Origin: Planctomycetota bacterium
GTDB taxonomy: Bacteria; Planctomycetota; UBA8108; SXIK01
DNA: 64,000 bases
Assembly (NCBI GenBank): GCA_965223265.1
Contig: OZ244999.1
Location: 6,176,001-6,240,000, forward strand
Reading direction: 5' to 3'
The stretch's first letter is position 1; each line of letters begins with the position of its first letter. The notes under the pieces are model-generated. The model was not told the origin of the DNA. It made no database searches and saw only the letters and a list, made by a program, of their open reading frames with translations. Below are positions 18,016-28,514 of this stretch, piece by piece. The translations under genes and the position numbers were made by a program.

Positions 18016-19226
18016 GAGGTTCCTCCCTGGAGCGGCTGGGCCGCTGCACCCGGCGCGGAATCTGCGGCGAGCACTTCTAGGGCGCGTTCCTCGCGCCAGA
18101 CGCGGTCGATCGAGAGAAGAATTCCCACCTGACAAAGACTCATGAGCAGGCCAGAGCCGCCAAAGGTGACGAACGGCAGTGCGATCCCCTTCGTCGGCGC
18201 GCTCGCCGTGACGACAGCGACGTTCAATACCGCCTGGACGCAGAGCCCGATCACGATTCCGGAGCCGAGCAAGAAACCGAAGAGGTCCCGGGCGTTCCAA
18301 AGTATTCCGACACCGCCCCAGAGGAGCCCGACGTAGAGAAGGACGATCAGAATTGAGCCGACCAGACCGAGTTCCTCCCCGATCACCGCCAAGATGAAAT
18401 CGGTGTGCGGCTCAGGCAAGAAGTTCAACTTTTGCCCGCTGGCCCCAAGCCCCTTGCCGAACCAGCTGCCGGCGCCGAGAGCCGTGAGCGAATGTCGCAC
18501 CTGATACACCTTGTCGGGATCGAGAAAACCCATGAGCCGTACGGTGACCTGCTCCCAGCGTGAGTGCACCGCGAGGGCCATGAGCGGGACAAAGATGAGA
18601 GACGACACCAGCAGGTAGTGAAGCTTGACGCCACCGAGCACAAGCAACATCAATGCCAAGCCGAGCACGAAGACCGACGTGCCGAAATCGGGCTCAAGAA
18701 GAATCAACACAAAGATGGGCAGCACTGCAAAACATGCCGCCACGAAACCACCGAGGAAGCGGTGACGCCGGCTCGGATCGCCGGCGAGAAAAGCACTCAC
18801 GAAGATGATCACCGCCAACTTGCCCAACTCGGACGGCTGAAATTGAAGTCCGCCACCGAGGCGCAGCCAACGCCGCGACTTATTGACGACGGTCCCAAAC
18901 TGTGGAATCAGCACAAGAATGAGAAGGATCGTCGCGATGATGAGAATGTACCAGTACCACCGCTGCAGTAGTCGGTAGTCGACTTGATAGAAAAAGAGCG
19001 CCCCGAGGGCCCCGATCGCCACCCAAGCGATCTGCTTACGCAGAAACAGATAACTGTCATCCTCTACAGTCCAGTGAAACGCGGTAGCGCTGAACACCAT
19101 GACCGTTCCTATGCTGACCAGCAGGAAGACACACGTAAGAAAGACGTTCCGTGCCACGTCAGAATCGCGATGCGGCAGCAGCCATCCAAGCCAAGAGCGC
19201 GGTTGGAACACGTTTCGAGCCTTCAT
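18012..19226 (-). CDS. ftsW: SEDS peptidoglycan glycosyltransferase FtsW
   Basis: RRWLRLG..FQPSELGK, EPDFGT, YQV..SL.A.G.G..GKGLG, LPEPHTDFI..VIGEELG, PFVTFGGS. Confidence 0.93.
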   Translation of the reverse strand: MKARNVFQPRSWLGWLLPHRDSDVARNVFLTCVFLLVSIGTVMVFSATAFHWTVEDDSYLFLRKQIAWVAIGALGALFFYQVDYRLLQRWYWYILIIATILLILVLIPQFGTVVNKSRRWLRLGGGLQFQPSELGKLAVIIFVSAFLAGDPSRRHRFLGGFVAACFAVLPIFVLILLEPDFGTSVFVLGLALMLLVLGGVKLHYLLVSSLIFVPLMALAVHSRWEQVTVRLMGFLDPDKVYQVRHSLTALGAGSWFGKGLGASGQKLNFLPEPHTDFILAVIGEELGLVGSILIVLLYVGLLWGGVGILWNARDLFGFLLGSGIVIGLCVQAVLNVAVVTASAPTKGIALPFVTFGGSGLLMSLCQVGILLSIDRVWREERALEVLAADSAPGAAAQPLQGGTS

Positions 19227-19311
19227 GCGGCGGGTCAGACTCCGACGATCTCAGTTTCTCTCCGACAGATCTGCATATCAGCCGACGTGCAGACCTTCGA
19301 AGGCCAATCGA

Positions 19312-20430
19312 TCAGTACAGCAGGACGACGATGGAAAAAAACGCGCAGATGGCACCGGCGATCCAAAATCGGACGGTAATCCGCGTCTCTCTGAGCCCTT
19401 TGAATTGAAAGTGATGATGCAGCGGCGCGATTAAAAAGATGCGCCGCCGCCACAGCTTGAAACTCGACACTTGGAGGACGACCGAGAGGACTTCGGCGAC
19501 GAGCACAGCGGCGACCATGACGAGGAGAACCTCTTGACGCAACATCACGCCTGCAAGGCCGAGGCAGGCGCCCAGCGGCAGCGCACCCGTATCGCCCATA
19601 AAAATCTGCGCCGGATGGCAGTTGAACCAAAGAAACCCGAGCCCACCGCCAATGAGCGCTGCCAACACAACACCGATCTCTGCGGCGCCGTGCACATGAG
19701 CAAGCGACAGACGCTCACTCAGCGCTGGATCGCCAGTGATGAGCGCAACCGCAAGGAAGGCGCCGGCGACCAAGAGGCTGCAGCCGACCGCGAGGCCATC
19801 GAGCCCATCGGTGAGGTTGACGGCGTTCGACATGCCGGCGATCGCCAGCAGTGCAAGCGGTACAAACATGACGCCGAGCGGCACGTAGACGCCACGCCAA
19901 AAGGGCAGCAAAAGCGGTGTGTTCTCCGAAGTGCCTCCCCACGCAGGCTTCAGGCCGCCCAGCTCGATTGTCGGCGGGAAGGAGTAGAGGCAAAGCGCCA
20001 CGGCCGCGGCGATGAGAAGCTGCCACGCCAGCTTGTGACGCGCCAAGATGCCCTTGCGCCCGCTGCGCAACTTCGTGAGATCGTCCGCTAGCCCGAGTAG
20101 ACCGAACGCCAAGATCGTGCCCGCGAAGAGCCAAACCTCAAGGCGATCTGGACGCGCCACCAAAACGAGCGCGCCCAGCACCCCGCCGAAGAGAAGGAGA
20201 CCGCCGAGCGTCGGTGTCGACTCTTTGCTCACGCTCAAAGCGTCGAGGCGTCTCGAGTCGCCTTTCGCCACCTGATCGGTGACGCGGCGTCCTCTGAGCC
20301 ATGGAATCATGAGGCGACCGGAGATGAGCACCAAAGAAAACGCCACTAGCGCTGCGAGCGCGGCTCGCACCGCCGGGGCGAGTGCCCAAGTCGGCGACGA
20401 AATGGACTGCTCAACGACCAGGACCAGCAC
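19312..20430 (-). CDS. mraY: Phospho-N-acetylmuramoyl-pentapeptide transferase
   Basis: TPTLGG, GLADD, SNAVNLTDGLDGLA, IFMGDTG, APLHHHF; AGGAGG RBS. Confidence 0.95.
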   Translation of the reverse strand: MLVLVVEQSISSPTWALAPAVRAALAALVAFSLVLISGRLMIPWLRGRRVTDQVAKGDSRRLDALSVSKESTPTLGGLLLFGGVLGALVLVARPDRLEVWLFAGTILAFGLLGLADDLTKLRSGRKGILARHKLAWQLLIAAAVALCLYSFPPTIELGGLKPAWGGTSENTPLLLPFWRGVYVPLGVMFVPLALLAIAGMSNAVNLTDGLDGLAVGCSLLVAGAFLAVALITGDPALSERLSLAHVHGAAEIGVVLAALIGGGLGFLWFNCHPAQIFMGDTGALPLGACLGLAGVMLRQEVLLVMVAAVLVAEVLSVVLQVSSFKLWRRRIFLIAPLHHHFQFKGLRETRITVRFWIAGAICAFFSIVVLLY

Positions 20431-20472
20431 GGTGAGTGCCTCCTAACAATACCAACATTCCGCCACCGTTAG

Positions 20473-20632
20473 CAGCCCGCCTGAAAAAGTCATTCGGCCG
20501 AAGAAATTGGCCTCTTCACGCCCAGACGGGCCGCGTCAATACTCGAATCCCGAAGATTGCCTGCGTTTGCCGCGGCCGATCTGGACGCGAAGAGAGCCAG
20601 TTTTCGGCTCGAGGCACCTCTTCAACAGGCTG
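20473..20632 (-). mobile_element. MITE copy 2 (inverted), between murF and mraY
   Basis: Reverse-complement match to copy 1; ends CAGCCCGCCTGAAAAAGT...TTCAACAGGCTG; flanks TTAG/TCAG. Confidence 0.8.
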
Positions 20633-22183
20633 TCAGCCGTAGTTGGTGATCGACGCACCTAACTGTGCTGGCGTTTCCCCCACCTGCACATGAAGCGATG
20701 GTAGGCGTGGGCCGAACAGCTTCGTCCAGCGCGCCAGATCCTTGAAACAAGACTCGACGCCGATCCGGCGCGACCCCTTAAAGAGAAGAACGTCGCCGGG
20801 GTAAATCTGGCCACGCAGAAACCTTGTCACGTCTTCGACGCGCGGGAAGTGGCGTCCGATGGCCTTGCCGCCGGCGGCACGGTAACCGTCTTGAATCGCA
20901 CGACTCTCATCGCCGACGGTGACGAGCAGACGCAAGTTCTGCTTGGCGAGCCGGCGCCCGATCTGCTCATGCAAAAGCCTCGACTTGCTGCCAAGCTCGA
21001 GCATGTCGCCAAGAACGACGATGCCGCTGCGCGGGGCAACGTCGCCAGAGCTCAATCGCGTCGAGATGCTGCCACCGATGGGCTCCTGCGTCAACTCGAT
21101 CCACTCCTCGATCGCCGACTCGACACTGCGCGGGTTGGCGTTGTAGCTATCGTTGATCATGACGATGCCCTTGACTTCAACCACTTCCAAACGCAGCGGT
21201 GGGAGTCGGCACGTGGTCAATGCCGCGCGCAGCTCGTTCGTCGTCAGGCCGAACTCGCGCGCGACCGCCATCGCAGCGACCGCGTTGATCACGTTGTGGC
21301 GCCCGGGAAGCGGCAGCAGAAAGTTCTCACTCTCATTAAGCGTAAAGTGATAGCCGTACGCCTTGGCTCCGGTCGTCGAGCGGACGTCTCCAAGTGAGAC
21401 ACGCTGGCAGCTGCTGACTCGCAGGTCTCCCTCGCCCCAGCCGAACGTGCGCACCTCCCCTTTTGCCAGGCTGCAAAGGGTGTTGAAACCAAAGACGCCG
21501 TGGCGCAGGAACGTCGTGCCGCCCGGTTTCAGGCCCGTGAAGATCTCCGACTTAGCGGCCAAGACGCCAGCTAGGTCGTTCAAGCCGTCGAGATGCGCCG
21601 GCGCGATCTCCGTCACAACGACATGGTCAGGTCGCACGAGACGCGACAGAGCTGCGAGCTCGCCCGGACCCGACGTTCCGAGCTCCGTGACGAGCACCTC
21701 GGTGTGAGCTCCCGCAGAGAGCAACGTCAGGGCGACGCCAAGGCGGTTGTTGTAACTCTTCGGTGCCTGCGAGACCTGGAAACGCTCGCGCAAGACGCTG
21801 GCGACGAACTCCTTCGTGCTTGTCTTGCCGACGCTACCGGTGATGGCAACCACCTTCATGTCGAGTCGATCGCGATTCCAGCGCGCCAAACGCTCAAGCG
21901 CGTCGAGAGGATCCGGTACGGACACGTAGGGACCGGAGTCTCGCGGCAGCCGCGACAGTTCGCTGCTGGCAACGACACATGCCACCGCGCCGTTTTTCCG
22001 TGCAGCTTCGACGTAGCGGTGCCCGTCAAACCGCTCACCCTTGAGCGCGAAGAAGAGCGGCTGTCCGGTGAGACCACGTGAGTCGGTGCTCACTTCTGCA
22101 ACGAGCGTCTTCGGAGGCGTCGCGGTCCCAACCCACTGCCCACCCATCTGTTCGACGATCCGGCTGAGTTCAACGGGTTCCAT
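20633..22183 (-). CDS. murF: UDP-MurNAc-tripeptide--D-Ala-D-Ala ligase
   Basis: LKGERFDGH, ITGSVGKTSTKE, SYNNRLG, INDSYNANP, VLGDMLELG, FKGSR. Confidence 0.95.
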   Translation of the reverse strand: MEPVELSRIVEQMGGQWVGTATPPKTLVAEVSTDSRGLTGQPLFFALKGERFDGHRYVEAARKNGAVACVVASSELSRLPRDSGPYVSVPDPLDALERLARWNRDRLDMKVVAITGSVGKTSTKEFVASVLRERFQVSQAPKSYNNRLGVALTLLSAGAHTEVLVTELGTSGPGELAALSRLVRPDHVVVTEIAPAHLDGLNDLAGVLAAKSEIFTGLKPGGTTFLRHGVFGFNTLCSLAKGEVRTFGWGEGDLRVSSCQRVSLGDVRSTTGAKAYGYHFTLNESENFLLPLPGRHNVINAVAAMAVAREFGLTTNELRAALTTCRLPPLRLEVVEVKGIVMINDSYNANPRSVESAIEEWIELTQEPIGGSISTRLSSGDVAPRSGIVVLGDMLELGSKSRLLHEQIGRRLAKQNLRLLVTVGDESRAIQDGYRAAGGKAIGRHFPRVEDVTRFLRGQIYPGDVLLFKGSRRIGVESCFKDLARWTKLFGPRLPSLHVQVGETPAQLGASITNYG

Positions 22184-22189
22184 CGAGTC

Positions 22190-23719
22190 TCAATTCCCTC
22201 CGATACCTTCGCTCAAAAACTCCGCCGCCACTTCGCGATCGTCAAAGTGCAGTTTGCTGCCGTCGAACTCCTGGTACGTCTCATGTCCCTTCCCCGCTAT
22301 GAGCACCGTGTCTCCAGCGCGTGCCATACGAATCGCGAGTGCAATTGCATCGCGCCGATTGGGCTCCAAGACGACATCGTCGGGGCGCGCCAGTCCGCAG
22401 CGAATGTCCGACAGGATCGACTCTGGATTCTCAGAGCGTGGGTTGTCAGAAGTGACGACGATGTGATCGGAGCCGCGTTCCGCCACGCGGCCCATGCGCG
22501 GTCGCTTCTCGCGATCGCGGTCGCCGCCGCAGCCAAAGACCGTGATGACCCGCCCCGTCGTCACGCCGCGAACTGCACTGAGCACGGTCTCGAGCGCACC
22601 GTCGGTGTGGGCGTAGTCGACGAAGACGCGGACATTGCGGCGATTCGGCACCTCCTGCAGCCGCCCAGGAGGTGCTGCCGCCACTTCGACGCCGGCAGCG
22701 ATCTCGGCCGCCGTCAAGCCGAGGCAATCCGCCGCCGTCACCGCCGCCAGGATGTTGAGCAGATTGTGCTCGCCCCAAAGACGCGTTCGCATCGGCTCGC
22801 CCCGCCAGACAAACGAAGTTCCATCCGGCGCCATGCGCACGTCTTCGACGCCATCTTGAGGCTCTGTTCCGTACCATACGACCTCGGCCGGAGTCGCACT
22901 GCGGAGCACCGCTGCGTACTCGTCCTCACGCGGCAAAATGGCGTGCGCGTCGGGTCGAAGATCGCAGAAAAGCTGCTTCTTGGTGGCGAAGTAGTTCTCG
23001 AACGTGCCGTGATAGTCGAGGTGCTCAGGCGCAATGTTCGTGAAGATCGCGGACGAGAGGTCGAAACCGGCGGTTCTCTTTTGCGCGATGCCGTGTGAAG
23101 AGACCTCCATGACGACGTGCGAGCCACCGGAGTCGACCAGCTGTCGGAACGCCTCATGCAATTCAAGGCTTGACGGTGTCGTGTTGTGCGCCGGCGTCGC
23201 GGTCATGCCAACGCGATTGTGCACGGTACCGAACAGCCCCGTGATCCGCCCACTCGTGCGCAGGATCGCCTCCAAAATCCAGGCCGTCGTCGTTTTCCCC
23301 TTGGTGCCAGTAATGCCGACGATCTCGAGGGCACCATGCGCGTGGCCATAAAACGTGGCTCCGAGCGCACCGAGGGCGGTGCGCGCGTCGTCGACGCGGA
23401 AGTACGGCACGGGAAAGGGCGCCGTCTCGCAGCGACCATTGGCCCCACCGCGCGTCGCGTTCGGCTGCGCCGCCTCGGACCTGCCGGCACCCACCGTCGA
23501 AACGAGGCGCCGCACGGGCTGCTCCCCGACAATCGCAACGGCGCCTGCAGCGACCGCCTGCCTCACAAAACCGTGTCCGTCCACTTGCTCGCCGGGCACC
23601 GCAACGAACAGCGAACCAGGTCTCACCTGACGTGAATCGCACGTCAGATGTTCGACTTCGACGTCGCGACGAGCTGCCGAAACCTTCAAGCAGCCCTCGC
23701 CCAATTCCTCGAGTCGCAT
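22190..23719 (-). CDS. murE: UDP-MurNAc-L-Ala-D-Glu--meso-DAP ligase
   Basis: GITGTKGKTT, TTP, MEVSSH, HLDYH, VDYAHT, FGCGGDRD, DNPR (DAP-type), AGKGHE. Confidence 0.95.
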   Translation of the reverse strand: MRLEELGEGCLKVSAARRDVEVEHLTCDSRQVRPGSLFVAVPGEQVDGHGFVRQAVAAGAVAIVGEQPVRRLVSTVGAGRSEAAQPNATRGGANGRCETAPFPVPYFRVDDARTALGALGATFYGHAHGALEIVGITGTKGKTTTAWILEAILRTSGRITGLFGTVHNRVGMTATPAHNTTPSSLELHEAFRQLVDSGGSHVVMEVSSHGIAQKRTAGFDLSSAIFTNIAPEHLDYHGTFENYFATKKQLFCDLRPDAHAILPREDEYAAVLRSATPAEVVWYGTEPQDGVEDVRMAPDGTSFVWRGEPMRTRLWGEHNLLNILAAVTAADCLGLTAAEIAAGVEVAAAPPGRLQEVPNRRNVRVFVDYAHTDGALETVLSAVRGVTTGRVITVFGCGGDRDREKRPRMGRVAERGSDHIVVTSDNPRSENPESILSDIRCGLARPDDVVLEPNRRDAIALAIRMARAGDTVLIAGKGHETYQEFDGSKLHFDDREVAAEFLSEGIGGN

Positions 23720-23994
23720 GTTCACCTCTCCACTCCGTTGACTCTCGTTACGCGTCGCTGCAACCGCACCACCGTAGGTCAACCGCTCTTCTTGCCGTCG
23801 AGCGCTCCACGGATCCGTGCTCGCAGACGCCGCCGAGCCTCCTCTGCTCGTTAGTCGCGGCACGTGTCTTCGCGAAGACACCCGCGGCGCCGGGTCCACA
23901 GCGGTCGCTATCGTACTGAAAACCTCTCTGCCTCGAGCGAGAAATTCAGTTCATTTCACTCGATCTGCTGACATTCAGACTCCAAGCTCCAAGA

Positions 23995-25839
23995 CTACTG
24001 TTCATTCCCCTTCCAAACTGCGAAACTCGCCAGATGGCACTCCTCGGCGACGTTGAAAATCCCACGTAGCACCTCAACGACCACCGGTCCGGCGACCATC
24101 GCGCCGTAGATGCTCTTCTTCGGCCGCTCGACCATGCAAACCACGACGACCTGGGGATCATCGTGTGGTGCGAACGCCTCGAACGATGCTAGGTAGTAGC
24201 GCCCGTAGGATCCGCCGCGTGCCATCCTCGCGGTGCCCGTTTTGGCGCCGAACCGAAAGCCCTCGACGCGGAGCCACTTCGCGGTTCCTGTCTCGACGAC
24301 TTCGGTCAAGAGCTCCCGCATGGTGGCGGACGTCGCCGGCGAGATCGGGTGCCCGATGACCTCCGCCTTCGGCGCCCTGTAGTTGCCGCCGGCATGCTCG
24401 ATGCGTTTGACGATGTACGGCTTGAGAAGCTTGCCGCCGTTGACGACGGCCGCGAAGGCACGCGCCAGTTGAATGGGCGTCACACGAATGGCGTAACCGA
24501 ACGAGACGGACACCGTCGCAAGGAACGGCTTCCATCTCTCGGGGCTACGATGTTCGCCGTTCACCTCGGCGGGCAGCGCCAGCCCGGTACGACGACAGAA
24601 CTGAAAACGTTCGATCATGTCGAGAATGCGATCCTTACCGAGTCGCAACCCGAGCACTGACATGCCGATGTTGGAGGACCTCGTCAATGCATCGCGAACT
24701 CGCATGTCGGGTGTCGGCTTCACATCGCGCACCGTTCGAGAACCAAATTTCGCGCGCTCGCTCCCGTCCCAAGTCACGCCGGGCGGCATGAGGGAGCGAA
24801 TCGACTGATCGAGGCTCGCAAGACCGTGCTCCAGCACACTCGCCATGAGAAACGGCTTCATAACCGAACCCGACTCGTAGGTGCTCTCCACGATCCGGTT
24901 GGTTCTTCGAAGCTCACGTTCAGCCTTCGGATAGTCGTGGAAACGGTTCGGGTTGAACGTGGGGAAATTCGCCAGCGCCAAGACCTCGCCGGTACGACAG
25001 TCGAGGACCACACAGGAACCCGCTTGCGCGTTCATGCGGCGAACGCCCCACTCGAGTTTCTCTTCGACGATCGCCTGGATCCGGCTATCAATCGTCGTGT
25101 AGACGACACCCCCATCGACCGGCAAGATCTGTGGGTTACCGGGGTTAAAAATCCGTAGCGGCCCGACGCGCTTGCCGCCGACCTGAACCTGTCTGACGCC
25201 ATCGCGCGGCGATAGGTGCCGATCGAGCTGGCGTTCGACACCCTCGATGCCCTCCCCTTCTCGGTTCGTCACACCGATCACTGACGCGGCGAACGTGTCG
25301 CGGGGATACGTACGTCGCACGTACGACGACCTGCAAAAGCTGCGAGCGGCTGCTGGTAAGACCTCGGAGATCTGCTTCTGCAGAGAATCGACGACGTCGT
25401 AGTCGAGATCGCGGTCAAGTGCAACGTACTTGCGACCACTCGCGTGCGCCTCAAGGGCGACCCTGAGTCGGCGTCGCCGGTACTCATTCGACTTCCCAAG
25501 CTCCGCGCACACCAGTTGAATGACGCGGTGAATGTTCTCCGATGCGATCTTCGATGGATCTAGCCCAATCTCGTACTTTTTGACGTCCCGGGCCAAGAGG
25601 ACACCGTCTGATGTGAACACATCGCCGCGATATCCGTGCAGCGGATCATGTCGCGTCTGCATGCTTGCTGCGGAGAGGTCTCGACGTTCGTGATCGACGA
25701 CTTGCACGAAAAACAGGCGCCAGCCTAAAAGGCCAAAACCTAACGTCACGAAGCAGGCGATCATGATCAGACGCACACGCAATCCGAGTCTCGACACCTC
25801 CGCTCCTCGCGGCGCCCGTCGTTTCGTCTTAGTCTTCAC
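23995..25839 (-). CDS. ftsI: Class B penicillin-binding protein FtsI/PBP3
   Basis: N-terminal TM, dimerisation domain, SxxK (ESGSVMKP), SSN, KTGTA. Start approximate (GTG 25839). Confidence 0.9.
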   Translation of the reverse strand: MKTKTKRRAPRGAEVSRLGLRVRLIMIACFVTLGFGLLGWRLFFVQVVDHERRDLSAASMQTRHDPLHGYRGDVFTSDGVLLARDVKKYEIGLDPSKIASENIHRVIQLVCAELGKSNEYRRRRLRVALEAHASGRKYVALDRDLDYDVVDSLQKQISEVLPAAARSFCRSSYVRRTYPRDTFAASVIGVTNREGEGIEGVERQLDRHLSPRDGVRQVQVGGKRVGPLRIFNPGNPQILPVDGGVVYTTIDSRIQAIVEEKLEWGVRRMNAQAGSCVVLDCRTGEVLALANFPTFNPNRFHDYPKAERELRRTNRIVESTYESGSVMKPFLMASVLEHGLASLDQSIRSLMPPGVTWDGSERAKFGSRTVRDVKPTPDMRVRDALTRSSNIGMSVLGLRLGKDRILDMIERFQFCRRTGLALPAEVNGEHRSPERWKPFLATVSVSFGYAIRVTPIQLARAFAAVVNGGKLLKPYIVKRIEHAGGNYRAPKAEVIGHPISPATSATMRELLTEVVETGTAKWLRVEGFRFGAKTGTARMARGGSYGRYYLASFEAFAPHDDPQVVVVCMVERPKKSIYGAMVAGPVVVEVLRGIFNVAEECHLASFAVWKGNEQ

Positions 25840-26075
25840 CTCATCGACTCCCGGATTCGTCGCTCGAGCTGCCGCACCCGAAAAGGAGGGAGAAGGGGGA
25901 CAAAGTCCCCCTTCACGTTGGTAGGAAAGATGGGAGTTCCAAGGCACCGCCGCAGGGGCGACGGCAGCTGAATTCTCACGTTTCGATGTCGTCTCGAGCC
26001 GGCGTTCTCCCCACTGCTCCCAAAAACTGGCGAGCGAAGTGGTTTCTTACCGTCATGTGTTAGCAGGCATTCAGA

Positions 26076-26342
26076 TCACTCAAGGCGGTCGGAACCTTCC
26101 TGTTCGCCAGCGGTCGACCGCAATCGTTCTTCTGGCACTTCTTGCAGCAGCAGATCAGGACTGCAGAGGGTGAGTAAACGGGCTTCGAGGCGTCGCAGGC
26201 TCTCACGCCGCTCCTCCTCTTCGACGAGAAGCTCACGAAGCCTCACTCCACAGCGAACACGCTCCACCTGGAGATACACCGCAGCCAGGCCGATCGTCAC
26301 GATGGTGAGTGCGACGAGCAGCCCCCTGAGCCACGCAGACAT
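26076..26342 (-). CDS. FtsL-like small bitopic coiled-coil protein
   Basis: TM plus leucine heptads, located between rsmH and ftsI; GGAG RBS. Confidence 0.65.
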   Translation of the reverse strand: MSAWLRGLLVALTIVTIGLAAVYLQVERVRCGVRLRELLVEEEERRESLRRLEARLLTLCSPDLLLQEVPEERLRSTAGEQEGSDRLE

Positions 26343-26569
26343 CAGTCCGCTCCTCCACCCAGGGGAACCACCGTCGACAACGTCGCTTCACTTCTCTTCA
26401 CGTCCTCTTGCCTCGTCACCCCTCAAGAGAGGCCACAGCATGAGGCGACCGCCGTAGCTGGCCGCCTCATGCCGCGCCCGAGCTTCTACCTTCACTTCGT
26501 TTCTAAGAGCGTCTCCTCCTCTGAGACTCCGTCCCTCTCCTCTTTCGTTTCAGATCATTCCGTCACGTC

Positions 26570-27496
26570 CTACTTCTCTTCCGAGTCGCCTCCAGCTGCG
26601 ACCCGAATCGCAAAGCGCAGTCGAGCGCTGCGCGCCCGTGGGTTCGCTTCGACCTCCTCAGCCGAAGGCCGAAGCGGCTGGTCACTAGGTACGGAAAAGA
26701 GCCCACTGCGACGCATTTGTGTGCACCACCTCTTGACGAGGCGGTCCTCGAGCGAGTGGTAGCTGAGAATCGCCACTCGGCCTCCCGGTCGCAGGACCCG
26801 GTCCAGTCGCGGCAAGAGTCGCTCAAGTTCGCCCAGCTCGTCGTTGACGGCGATGCGAATGGCTTGAAACACGCGCGTCGCTGGATGGATTCTTCCGCGC
26901 CGGCCTGGTACGACGTCCTCGACCAACCGCGCCAACTCGCTGCAATGTCGCAAGGGAGCACGCTGACGCGTGGCGTCGATGCGTTCGGCAATGCGGCGCG
27001 CTGCCGGCTCCTCTCCGAAGCGCCGCAGGACCTGCTCGATCTCTCGGCGGGTGGCCGTGCGCAAGAAATCCGCAGCGCGCTGGCCGGAACCTCGGTCCAT
27101 GCGCATATCGAGCGGCCCCTCACGCGCGAAGCTGAAGCCGCGTTCGGCGCGGTCGAGCTGCATCGACGAAACTCCCAGGTCGAGTAATAGACCATCAACC
27201 GCGCCCTCCGCTGGCAGCCCGACCTGCCGCAGGCATTCCTGTAGCTGCGAGAAACGCCCCTGAGCGACATGGAACGTGCCGCCACCTGTCTCGAGGCGGC
27301 TGGCGGCAAGCTCGAGAGCGTCCTCGTCGCGATCGACTCCTAGCAGAAACCCAGACGGAGCGACCCGCTGCGAAAGCGCGACCGCGTGCCCCCCGGCGCC
27401 GAGCGTCGCGTCGACAAACGTCTCCCCGGGCGCCGGCCGCAAGACCGCCAGCACTTCGGTCAGCATCACTGGCTGGTGAGGCAGTCTTTTGGTCAT
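26570..27496 (-). CDS. rsmH: 16S rRNA m4C1402 methyltransferase RsmH
   Basis: HQPVML, DATLGAGGH, DLGVSSMQLD..RGFSF..GPLDMRM, SYHSLEDR, NPRARSA. Confidence 0.97.
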   Translation of the reverse strand: MTKRLPHQPVMLTEVLAVLRPAPGETFVDATLGAGGHAVALSQRVAPSGFLLGVDRDEDALELAASRLETGGGTFHVAQGRFSQLQECLRQVGLPAEGAVDGLLLDLGVSSMQLDRAERGFSFAREGPLDMRMDRGSGQRAADFLRTATRREIEQVLRRFGEEPAARRIAERIDATRQRAPLRHCSELARLVEDVVPGRRGRIHPATRVFQAIRIAVNDELGELERLLPRLDRVLRPGGRVAILSYHSLEDRLVKRWCTQMRRSGLFSVPSDQPLRPSAEEVEANPRARSARLRFAIRVAAGGDSEEK

Positions 27497-27571
27497 AGCG
27501 GCCGTGGGGTCGAAGGTCGAAGTACATTCTCGGCACTACCAACTCTCGTTGAATACAGAATTCTTGAACGA

Positions 27572-27952
27572 CTACCAGGGAAACGGTGGATGGTGACTCG
27601 GGCGAAGAGGACGCTGCGCGTGCAGATCGAGGCCGGTCCGGCCCCCCTCGTCCGCCTCTCGATCGTCGCCGAGGTCGAGCGCGGGATTTAGCTCCACCCG
27701 AGAGGCGATGCGCGGAGCCAGCTGGCACAAGCTGTGCAGTCGGCGACGAAACTCCGAGGCTTCCGCGTCCGTCAGACGGAGATTGACAACGGCGCAGGCG
27801 GGGCTCTCGTCATCAGACGCGCCGACCGGCGACGGCTCGGAATCGATCTGTTCACCGTGCCGCAGGCTCTGCGCACGTTCACTAGCGTCCAGCCGGCGAA
27901 GTGCGTTGGCGACTACGGAACCCCGACTCAGCGGCGGCTCACGTCGATCCAT
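27572..27952 (-). CDS. Possible hypothetical protein between mraZ and rsmH
   Basis: Fills the gap on the operon strand; no recognisable motif. Confidence 0.35.
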   Translation of the reverse strand: MDRREPPLSRGSVVANALRRLDASERAQSLRHGEQIDSEPSPVGASDDESPACAVVNLRLTDAEASEFRRRLHSLCQLAPRIASRVELNPALDLGDDREADEGGRTGLDLHAQRPLRPSHHPPFPW

Positions 27953-28049
27953 GGAAAGCTCTCCTCATACTGTGCGGCAGAGATCCACGCTTCAGCCCCA
28001 AGCGGGGCCCGAATTTCGCGTGCCGTATTTCGATCTCGCTGTCCCCCTC

Positions 28050-28475
28050 TCAAAGCGGCGGATTCGGCGTCTTCGACTCGAGCCGCCTGCGCCAAGACTC
28101 CCGCGGCCAGATTTCGACGAAGTCGACAAGGCCGACGAACTGTACGTCCCGTTCGATGCCGACGGCTTGCCGGCAGCTCTCCGGGACGAGGAAACGGCCT
28201 TGGTTGTCACACTGCACGCGTGTCGCGCGGCCTGCGTAGTCACGCAGGAACTCGCGCGCGGCGCTGCTGCGGTGTGGATCGTGGGTCGCCTTGAGTTCTT
28301 GGATGCGAGCCTCGAAGGCGCGCCAGGGATGGAGTTCGAGGCACTCGCCAGTATCCTTGGGGACGAGAACGAACCCTTGCTCGACTTCGGACTCGTGCAT
28401 CCAGCGCCGAATTGCCGAAGGTAAGACGACACGCGATTTGTCGTCGAGGGCGTGCTCGAATTCACCGAGAAACAT
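28050..28475 (-). CDS. mraZ: Transcriptional regulator MraZ
   Basis: MFLGEFEHALDDKSRVVLP and DNQGRFLVP (two DxxxR motifs), GLVDFVEIW. Confidence 0.96.
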   Translation of the reverse strand: MFLGEFEHALDDKSRVVLPSAIRRWMHESEVEQGFVLVPKDTGECLELHPWRAFEARIQELKATHDPHRSSAAREFLRDYAGRATRVQCDNQGRFLVPESCRQAVGIERDVQFVGLVDFVEIWPRESWRRRLESKTPNPPL

Positions 28476-28514
28476 GCGTCTGATCGCGACCCGAAAGCCA
28501 TCTTGAGGTCCAAC

